IMG/VR virus record: IMGVR_UViG_3300023115_001620
Span: 27,023 to 91,022 of that record
Length of the DNA stretch: 64,000 nt
From: a virus
Strand: one strand, 5' to 3'
Of the stretch, positions 57,401 through 64,000 are shown piece after piece. Numbering within the stretch: the first letter of the stretch is position 1; each line of letters opens with the position of its first letter. A program made the translations under genes and the position numbers. The notes beneath the pieces are model-generated. The model was given only the letters and a program-made list of their open reading frames with translations, was not told the origin of the DNA and did no database searches.

Positions 57401-60400
57401 CATTACCTAGACTGTCCGAAGTTAAGAAGCTAATTGATCTATAAACAAAATCTGGATTTTCGTCAAATATAACAGCAGTTGATGGTCTAATAGTAAGCAC
57501 ATCTGGTCTAGCAAAATCTGATATAATATGGGTTTGGTTTCTTCTATAGTTAATTCTTTCACCAAAGCCTACATCTTCAAGTAGTCCACTTGTACTAAAC
57601 TGGCTGTCGCTTGTTGAAAAGTTAAGTTTTAAAACTCTACCATCAAACATAGGAGTGTTAGAATCTACAAATGGTGAACCAGTAATATTTACAGCAGTTA
57701 CTACGCCCCCGTCAACTTCTGTAACAGTAATGTAAGCATCATTGTCTGTAGTTCCGCCTGCTAGTTCTACACCACTAACTGTAAAATTATCTCCTACTTC
57801 ATAATTTGCGCCGCCATTCACTATTTCTAGTTGATAACCATATCTTATAGTTCTATTGATATTAAAAATTATACCTGATGCAAGTGGATTGTTTGTGTTC
57901 TCAGATGCGAATGGAATTTCTGTACCAATATTTTTATGTGATGCAAACGTAACACCTGTAGGAGCAACGTTTGCAACTTCGTACCTTGCAAATGCAGGAA
58001 CAGAAGGTTGCCATATATCAAACTCTGATCTATTTGAAGGATTTACCTTGAAGTCATATGCATACAAGAACAAAGATAATCTATTATTACCATATCCTGT
58101 GTTGTCAACCCTAACTGGTACACTTCCTGCACCTAATGCAGTTACAGTAGAATCTCCTGTTATAGGTCCTGTTATTTGTAATTCATTTGTTGTATCAAAT
58201 GCACCATTAGTATTTTTCAAATAAATGGTCCTATCGCCCGATGGTGAAACAACACTATCATCTAATTGACTTGTGTTCACAGCTACAACACCTGTTGCCC
58301 CTGTGATGTTTTGTGTTATTTCGTCGCCTGCTTGTAATATTACAGGATTTGTAAGTTCTAGAATAACGTCAGCATCAAAAGTTTTGGCAGGCTCTACCAT
58401 GTCTTGCGCAAGTTGAATTGCGTCAGGTATTTCGTTAGGATCAGAGCCTTCTGCAACAAGTCCATATTCACCATAGCACGATGATCCTGTTAGCGATCTA
58501 ATTTCTGAACCATTCTTTGAATAGTAACTACTCCAGCAATAGTATGTAAACATAGATACCATTTCTGATAATGCACCGTTGACACAAACAAGTCCATAAC
58601 CTTTGTCGTTGATTTGTGTAAAGTCGTTGCCTAGCATTGATCTATTACCAGCTGTTTGAAGGGTTATTCCAATTGGACTAGATAAATCATCTAAATCTAC
58701 TCCGCTTGCTAGTTCGCTAGTAAGCCCTGTAAATCCTGCACCATCGTTACTGTCAGGTGATAATATTATTTCAGCAGTACCAAATTCTTTGTCATATCGT
58801 GTAACAGCATTAACTTGGAAACGTCTTCCATCTATGTAAAACACACTAGGTGTTTCGGGTCTACGTACAAATAATCCTTGGGGCTCTGTTTGGCTTCCTA
58901 AACTTTGTACACTTAATCTAAATGCATTACCGTCGACACGCTCTGTGACTTGTATTGCAGAGTTACCTACGAAGGCGTCAACTAATAAACCTCCTCTAAA
59001 CACTTGCTTGTTATCTGATTTTGCAAAACCTGTACCAGTCTGACAATATGGAGATTTAGTTAGAACTTGTCCTTCTGGATCAAGCACCATTTGGAAACCG
59101 CCGTGTCCTTGTCCTGTAATGTTACGTAGTATAGTTGCATCGTTCATTAAGAACACATCCATTTCGTCATTACGCAATGGAGGATTATATTCCGAGTTAA
59201 ATGCAAACACGACTGTTTCTATTAGATTGTTGACAACAGTTGATGGACCGTCTATCTGTCTCCAATATAAATTAATTTCTGATGCATCAAATGTTGTACC
59301 TGACACATGTTCTATTGTTGGTGTATAGTAGCGATCCTCACTTTGTATATTTTCTTTAATAATATTGCCCAAGCGATAAATCTTTCCGCTTTCCCAACCG
59401 GTAGGATCTCCGTCGCCGTTGAAATTGTCAAACTCGTAATCAAGATTGACTCCAGGATCTGGTGCAGCACCGCTTGGTCCATATAATGGTGCAGGCGATA
59501 TACCTCTAATAATGTCAGCAGCAAGTGTGTAAATATGTCTTATGCCCGCGACAGTTTCTGTTTCTGTACCGGATTCTACTGCACCTGCATAGTATTGTCC
59601 TTGTGCTTCTAAAGCAAATTCATTTCCGCCGTTGCGTAAATCATTTACTAGTGCATCGACAATTAATCCTGCATCTCTAAAACACTTGGCTCTCGAATAT
59701 CCAGCAGATCCAATAAGAGCAGAATACGTTGTTTCTACGTAGTTAACAACTTGCTCTTGTATAAATTCTTTATTGTCTATTAAACTAAGTGCAGCAGTAT
59801 TCCAAGTTCCTACATTCTCATATCCAGCACCTATGTTTTTTAATTGATCAGGTTTTAGCAAGTAATGATTTCCGAAGTAGCCGTCCACTTCCCCCGACAA
59901 AGGATTGATATACTGCACACCATTTGGAACTGTGAGTACAGTAAAATTATATTGTGCAGCGCCGCCTTCGCCTAGGGCATTGTCTTGTACACTTATTATT
60001 TCGTTTGCCTGGAAATCCTTACCTGGATTGATTACTGTAATATCTGTTACGCTGCCGCCTGCACCTACTGTGATTTCAAAAACAGCATCACTACCACTTT
60101 TATTTGTGAAATAATCTACATCGGTGATAGTATAAGTACCAGGCACTCGTAAAGCGTCAGTGCTTGCATCAAAATCAATTGTTTCAATTCCGGTTTTACC
60201 TAAAATTAAGCCATCAAATTCAGCATCTCTATAGAAGAATAAATTTGCCCAACGTGATTGAGAAACTCTATTTTTTGGACGTACAATAACTCGTCTAAAC
60301 TCGTCACCTTTAATTGAAACATTTGGCGGCACACGAATAGGCAAATCTTCTTCATATATGCCCGATTCAATGCGTATTGATATTTGTGTTTGGTTTACAA

Positions 60401-62405
60401 TATTACCGTATTCTAATTCTTCACCGTTCTCAAATTCAATTGGTTCTAACAACTGGACTTCTATCTCGTCTGTTTCTATTACTGAAACAGGTCTAGCACC
60501 CGACTCGTGTTTGTAATCTATAATACGTCCTATAGCACCAGAACTTTTACCTCTAACTACCTTACCAGGAATAATATCTGTATTTTCGGGATTGGCTTGA
60601 TCAATGAATCCGAAATTACCGTTACCTACATTAATTTTGTATGTTGTTTGTCCGTCAACAATTGTTGGAGCATCTAGTGGACCATCATCGATAACCTGTA
60701 AAACAATATCAAATTTTGCTTCTATTGCATTATCTGCCTGTGCGTCAGGAGTTTTTGTTAGATCAATAGTTTGTAAAACTCTATCTTGATAAGTTGTAGG
60801 TACAGCAGTATTGGTTAGAATGTAATCTCTTACAAGCACCTTTGCATATTCTATGCCTGCAACTGTGTATGCTTTTTGCGAACCTATTGCCTTTTGTGCA
60901 CTTACATTAGAATAGTATCTTAAACCTGCATAGCGTGATAGATAGTTTGCGTTATTTCCTAACATTGCATCTAGTGATACAGAGTCTAAGATTAAACCTA
61001 CATCTCTTTGGCATGTTTCTTGATTGTACTGATCTGCAAACTGCGGATATGTATAATTGATATATCCTATAACTTCTTTAGCAACAAATTCTTTGTTAGC
61101 AACAATTAAAGATCTAGCATCATTTCGTCCTGCAATTGGACTTGTAATACCCGAAGTAATAACTGTGCCATATCCTTCTCCGTTATTGTAAGTCATAGTT
61201 TGCATATACGGACCAGGTTCTTTTGGCGCAGCAATCATAATTTCTTCTGCTTTGCGAGCAGCAGCATTTATTGACTTATAGGCATAAGCAGGATTTCTAC
61301 CTTCTTTTCCAACTGGTGTATAAGTTTGTCTATCATCACCAGATGCTTCTGACACAAATATGTTTACCTTACTGGTTGCAGCATTACTATCTACATATAA
61401 TTTTGTTGCAGCTTGTAAATCGTCAGGGCCAAATGGCAAACCTGTTCCAGCAAGCTCTCCTGGATGATCAAATAAGTTTAAGGCGCCTGTCATTGTGTCG
61501 CCTTGACGTCTTACAATACTCTTGCGAGGTAAAGCAACGTTGTCGAGCCAATTGCCTTCTAGATCGTCATCATATGCAGCATCAGTAAGAGTGCTTACAC
61601 CTGTGCCGCCACTAGGTAAAATACGTGCGTTTAGATTGACTGCGTCTTGTTCTGAAGCATACAATCCTATATCTGTATTTGATGCAATACCTATGTAATA
61701 GGTTGTGCCCGAAACAAGGTTGATTGGGTCGTCGCCTGTAGTATTATAAACAAATGGAGCTCCATTAAATGCTGTAGTCAGTCCATGTCCTTCCTGGACT
61801 CTAAAGTAACCTGATACAAAAGAGCTTGCTGTAATTGTATATTCGTCTGTATTTAGAGGTTCATCACCTAGTCTTAATCCGCCGCCTGCAACATCTTTTT
61901 GCTGATAGTTTCTGTCAGCATATGATTTATTAATAACAAGTGAACCGATTTCTAAGTCTGTGCCGTGCACATCATTAAAATAGTTTATTGCATCCTGACT
62001 TACTGTAACATTGGCAATAGGTTGAGTTGCAGCATCTAATGGACCACTAAGTGTTGGAGCAGGGTCGTTTGATACTTTAGAAACAAGTTGTTTAAGAATA
62101 ACCTTTCCGTCGACAGTAAAATCAAAACCTATAGTATCTGCATTAGAATCATTAAGAGCACTATCAGATGCAAATTCTAACAAGTTTAATCCGCTGCCAT
62201 CTGAACGAACTACAGGTATTTTGTTTTCGTTACCTTCATAACTATTTGGTGTATCGCTTAGATCAGTAAATGATATTTGTCCACCTATACCAAAAACTGC
62301 ATAAAGTTCTGAAAAGTTTTCGTTAACTTTACGAAACGATTCGCGAATACTATCGCCTGTGCCGTCGTTACCTTCTACACCAATGTCAATTTGTTGCTTT
62401 GCCAT
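54462..62405 (-). CDS. giant tail/baseplate fibre protein with gp9/gp10-like N-terminus and C-terminal intramolecular-chaperone-like domain
   Basis: IDIGVEGNDGTGDSIRESFRKVNENF; AATKxYVD motifs; C-terminal YADLAENY...VALTGRVPCKV...IGKALE. Confidence 0.8.
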   Translation of the reverse strand: MAKQQIDIGVEGNDGTGDSIRESFRKVNENFSELYAVFGIGGQISFTDLSDTPNSYEGNENKIPVVRSDGSGLNLLEFASDSALNDSNADTIGFDFTVDGKVILKQLVSKVSNDPAPTLSGPLDAATQPIANVTVSQDAINYFNDVHGTDLEIGSLVINKSYADRNYQQKDVAGGGLRLGDEPLNTDEYTITASSFVSGYFRVQEGHGLTTAFNGAPFVYNTTGDDPINLVSGTTYYIGIASNTDIGLYASEQDAVNLNARILPSGGTGVSTLTDAAYDDDLEGNWLDNVALPRKSIVRRQGDTMTGALNLFDHPGELAGTGLPFGPDDLQAATKLYVDSNAATSKVNIFVSEASGDDRQTYTPVGKEGRNPAYAYKSINAAARKAEEIMIAAPKEPGPYMQTMTYNNGEGYGTVITSGITSPIAGRNDARSLIVANKEFVAKEVIGYINYTYPQFADQYNQETCQRDVGLILDSVSLDAMLGNNANYLSRYAGLRYYSNVSAQKAIGSQKAYTVAGIEYAKVLVRDYILTNTAVPTTYQDRVLQTIDLTKTPDAQADNAIEAKFDIVLQVIDDGPLDAPTIVDGQTTYKINVGNGNFGFIDQANPENTDIIPGKVVRGKSSGAIGRIIDYKHESGARPVSVIETDEIEVQLLEPIEFENGEELEYGNIVNQTQISIRIESGIYEEDLPIRVPPNVSIKGDEFRRVIVRPKNRVSQSRWANLFFYRDAEFDGLILGKTGIETIDFDASTDALRVPGTYTITDVDYFTNKSGSDAVFEITVGAGGSVTDITVINPGKDFQANEIISVQDNALGEGGAAQYNFTVLTVPNGVQYINPLSGEVDGYFGNHYLLKPDQLKNIGAGYENVGTWNTAALSLIDNKEFIQEQVVNYVETTYSALIGSAGYSRAKCFRDAGLIVDALVNDLRNGGNEFALEAQGQYYAGAVESGTETETVAGIRHIYTLAADIIRGISPAPLYGPSGAAPDPGVNLDYEFDNFNGDGDPTGWESGKIYRLGNIIKENIQSEDRYYTPTIEHVSGTTFDASEINLYWRQIDGPSTVVNNLIETVVFAFNSEYNPPLRNDEMDVFLMNDATILRNITGQGHGGFQMVLDPEGQVLTKSPYCQTGTGFAKSDNKQVFRGGLLVDAFVGNSAIQVTERVDGNAFRLSVQSLGSQTEPQGLFVRRPETPSVFYIDGRRFQVNAVTRYDKEFGTAEIILSPDSNDGAGFTGLTSELASGVDLDDLSSPIGITLQTAGNRSMLGNDFTQINDKGYGLVCVNGALSEMVSMFTYYCWSSYYSKNGSEIRSLTGSSCYGEYGLVAEGSDPNEIPDAIQLAQDMVEPAKTFDADVILELTNPVILQAGDEITQNITGATGVVAVNTSQLDDSVVSPSGDRTIYLKNTNGAFDTTNELQITGPITGDSTVTALGAGSVPVRVDNTGYGNNRLSLFLYAYDFKVNPSNRSEFDIWQPSVPAFARYEVANVAPTGVTFASHKNIGTEIPFASENTNNPLASGIIFNINRTIRYGYQLEIVNGGANYEVGDNFTVSGVELAGGTTDNDAYITVTEVDGGVVTAVNITGSPFVDSNTPMFDGRVLKLNFSTSDSQFSTSGLLEDVGFGERINYRRNQTHIISDFARPDVLTIRPSTAVIFDENPDFVYRSISFLTSDSLGNELENDELQSGFDSTYDYIRLIINTAKAQEVPLAGTGTTKGGTIGDTVIAVQSTVDSNEVFRLNNNARTPESNRPVGWTADTLTEAPIVVWEGKKFYVFNYRGVDETDTIVPVAEDNEYGIVDIVAIDSVNLEDFVQPGPTLADGLGTPVVLGSELVTLRCGLQAGATGTVTVNISTCRATSHDFLDVGSGGFNESNYPTVIFGEPSEKDQAKEVDERGKGRVFYVSTDQNGIFRVGRFFSVDQGTGTVTFSASLALSDVDGLGFKRGVVVTEFSTDTAMTDNAADTVPTELAVRGYVNRRLGYDVNGTPVANKLGPGVLAPNGAVPMTDDLNAAGNTITNIKEPDSSSDAATKNYVDEGRGVQDEIKDLRSLQYQSFDQDQLLVSTEYKKIFVLGSSVVSGPFSRGDNFTGTITGATGQIVDVQDVTGYEGDLVEITYTPLTGEISDGKPVGISADPDVLVVAGGAEGLVVDGPVDEWVNGVLSASSDIEILTNKEVTEVGGVVTDRFTTINLQLKPNAIVNDDVFGAANISQTKLNLNAATTRADATGITQNDLGVAAFDDALFTTTNGFVTIANGQMPLQKIQRINDGTVLGNYAGDSSDNDIDQIPFSTVISEGGGLADEDFIVEVLDSEDPGEALIKTGESTYGISNVTISGEVNSIVKTDANGSVQANSLILGGDSTYEVLSLDGTTVVLKTPSQGEILRAAGGSAGTGGNPSDPGYVAPTYPDISIAGSVNISGTGVTESTLQGLSNFNGEKVLAVDWIYSSFIEAPGEKGPASTGLAIGANTGVTVGGQVGIVVADSATSSSVLPIIVDSARIVPDTDNTYDIGSATYKYKDVYATLFRGTATEAYYADLAENYVADADYEPGTVLVFGGENEVTQSTDKLSNKVAGVVSTNPAYLMNSHLEAENVTAVALTGRVPCKVIGKVEKGDMLVTSAIPGYAIASSLPQIGTVIGKALENKDDLDKGVIEIVVGRL

Positions 62406-62419
62406 TTGCTAATGCTCCG

Positions 62420-62785
62420 TTATATTGCTGGACTTGCAAGATTGTCCATATCAAAATTTACGCTAACACCACAACCACAAGCTGATTGGGCATTAGGATT
62501 TCTTATTTCAAAAGTTGAACCTACTAAACTGCGTGTGTAGTCAACTGTTGTTCCTATCAAAAACATAAGTGAGTGTTTACGTATAACAAAACTACAATTA
62601 TTGTCTGTTTTGATAACTTCGTCGCCTTCTTCAAGTTCTGTAGGAGACTTCATAGTTCCCCATTCATACTCAAACCCTGCACATCCTCCGCCTTTGATAT
62701 CTAATGTAATTGCATAGCACTCATTTTCTTCACATAGTGTGTCAATTTGTGCTTTTGCGGCGTCAGTCAAGGTGCAGATACTCAT
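62420..62785 (-). CDS. A-type Fe-S carrier (IscA/HesB/SufA family)
   Basis: GGGCAGFEY and NPNAQSACGCGVS. Confidence 0.92.
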   Translation of the reverse strand: MSICTLTDAAKAQIDTLCEENECYAITLDIKGGGCAGFEYEWGTMKSPTELEEGDEVIKTDNNCSFVIRKHSLMFLIGTTVDYTRSLVGSTFEIRNPNAQSACGCGVSVNFDMDNLASPAI

Positions 62786-62846
62786 ATTTTTCCTTTCGTT
62801 AATACTATTTATGAAATAATTTTATAATCTTAATGTAAATATAATT

Positions 62847-63134
62847 ATGTATTTGAAAGAATATAAAAAGCAAACACGGCACGTTAGAACTAGCAAAACG
62901 GGCAAGGAACACACCTACAAGCGTGAATTAACTATTTGCGTATTTCGTTGTGACAGTTGTGATATAGAGTTTGAACGTACAAGGGGAAGTATGGATCCTA
63001 AGCGTCTAAACAACAACTATTTTCACGTTTGTAAAAACTGTGATGCTAAAGTGTTTGCCCAAAAGAAAGGCGTGGAACGCAAACAAGTTTGGAATCTCCA
63101 CGCCAGTTCTGATATACCTATTTCTAAGCTGTAA
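62847..63134 (+). CDS. basic Zn-ribbon protein
   Basis: CDSC...CKNC; TAAATA 5 nt before ATG. Confidence 0.7.
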   Translation: MYLKEYKKQTRHVRTSKTGKEHTYKRELTICVFRCDSCDIEFERTRGSMDPKRLNNNYFHVCKNCDAKVFAQKKGVERKQVWNLHASSDIPISKL

Positions 63135-63240
63135 ATGCAGGATGACCTTCAAAGTACATTTGTATCATTACGTGTATAGCCGTATCGCAAACGATAAGGA
63201 TAGTACAGAATGTTAGAAATAAAGGAAGGCCACCGTACAT
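63124..63240 (-). CDS. small TM peptide (38 aa)
   Basis: Manual translation MYGGLPLFLTFCTILIVCDTAIHVMIQMYFEGHPAFTA; TAATG coupling. Confidence 0.45.
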   Translation of the reverse strand: MYGGLPLFLTFCTILIVCDTAIHVMIQMYFEGHPAFTA

Positions 63241-63338
63241 TATTTTTTTCTATTCATTGTCAATGATAGAGTTATAGCAAATCCCATATAACATATAGAA
63301 AATATTGATAATGCACCTACAGCGTATTGTATATCCAT
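63240..63338 (-). CDS. small TM peptide (32 aa)
   Basis: Manual translation MDIQYAVGALSIFSICYMGFAITLSLTMNRKK; TAATG coupling on both sides. Confidence 0.45.
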   Translation of the reverse strand: MDIQYAVGALSIFSICYMGFAITLSLTMNRKK

Positions 63339-64000
63339 TATATGTTCTTCCAAGTAAATGCTCCAAAGAACATTTCATCCTCAGACATTTGTCCCCAAGG
63401 AACACTTCTGCTTGGATCTGGATTCATTGGATTGTCTGCTGAATTATCAAAAGCACCTTCTACGTGTAGTACAGTTCCTTTGGGCATAAACTTAGGTTCA
63501 CGCCAAGTGTATGATAACTGCCAAGCGTAGTCATAACGTGGAATGTCTATAAGTTCTTCCCAAGTACCATCTGGGTAGTATGCTGTTGCTCGCATACTTT
63601 TACCACGAAAGTGCATATGCGGTAAAAATGTATGCAGGTTAATGTCATTTTGCAGTACTATCTCTGCTTCTTGTACAAAGTTAGGATCGTAAGGCGGAAT
63701 GTTTGTCCAGGTATCTGGGAATATACAAGCACAATCGCCTGCCATTCTTTCTTCTGGTACTACACCTTCATCGTGAAAGTATAGTCCAATACGTGCTTTG
63801 TCAGTTCTTGCAGTTCCGTCTGGTGTATAGTGCAACTGTAGATTTACAATTGACCCTGCACGTAAAAGTCCGCCTGTGTTAGCATCGTAATAGTCAGGTG
63901 TTCCTCCTGGAACATACGCACTAATTTGTGCATAGTTCATATCGCCTTGACCTTCACCTGATGTACCAAGCAAGTTCATATTACGCTCGCCAGGTAAACT
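63338..64000 (-). CDS. copper type II (PHM/DBH-like) monooxygenase-domain protein, 5' end outside window
   Basis: LQLHY, PHMHFRGK, YDYAWQ, FDNS, DEMF; frame open to the window edge. Confidence 0.75.
   Translation of the reverse strand, partial: SLPGERNMNLLGTSGEGQGDMNYAQISAYVPGGTPDYYDANTGGLLRAGSIVNLQLHYTPDGTARTDKARIGLYFHDEGVVPEERMAGDCACIFPDTWTNIPPYDPNFVQEAEIVLQNDINLHTFLPHMHFRGKSMRATAYYPDGTWEELIDIPRYDYAWQLSYTWREPKFMPKGTVLHVEGAFDNSADNPMNPDPSRSVPWGQMSEDEMFFGAFTWKNI

Noticed and set aside
50123-62405. Diversity-generating retroelement acting on fibre genes
   Set aside because: No reverse transcriptase and no template/variable repeat pair differing at adenines was seen.
456-63530. Many + strand ORFs of 60-200 aa antisense to long minus-strand genes, and short alternate-frame ORFs
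   Set aside because: They are shadow frames of real genes with no SD, promoter or motifs. Only 2231, 32974 and 62847 are accepted on the + strand.
1-64000. Stop-codon reassignment as seen in some large phages
   Set aside because: Conserved genes are full length in the standard bacterial code, and TAA, TGA and TAG all end genes at sensible positions.
1-64000. tRNA, rRNA or other large ncRNA genes
   Set aside because: Intergenic gaps are short and mostly filled by small ORFs or promoters; no cloverleaf recognised by eye. A tRNAscan/Infernal run would be decisive.

Overview
This window is a gene-dense, AT-rich segment of a large lytic dsDNA myovirus genome with T4-like features. It is probably aquatic with a Gram-negative host, inferred from spanins, a lipoprotein and proteobacterial-type FdxA/IscA. 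Almost all genes are on the minus strand. From left to right: (1) a 7-deazaguanine cluster (queE, folE, QueD-like, TGT/DpdA-like) interleaved with HIT, PRTase, cupin, a GT-B glycosyltransferase and nucleotide-sugar genes, abutting a probable sliding clamp and a family B DNA polymerase; (2) modular, Lys-rich probable head-internal proteins punctuated by [LIV]xE motifs; (3) ClpA and DnaJ; (4) a lysis region (GH19 endolysin, overlapping spanins) followed by a carbamoyltransferase, an MscS-like protein and an EF-hand membrane protein; (5) PhoH, dCMP deaminase, ThyA, DHFR, ferredoxin, clamp loader, exonuclease, MazG-like, GroES and a DnaE fragment; (6) baseplate/tail-fibre genes including a subtilisin-cupredoxin fusion; (7) IscA/HesB and a partial copper monooxygenase-like gene. 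Two promoter classes are visible: sigma70 TTGAC-17-TAnnnT and T4-late-like TAA[A/G]TA. Several promoters sit inside hairpins that occlude the next ribosome-binding site. I saw no tRNA, rRNA, CRISPR array or integrase. All assignments come from motif recognition by eye; no searches were run.
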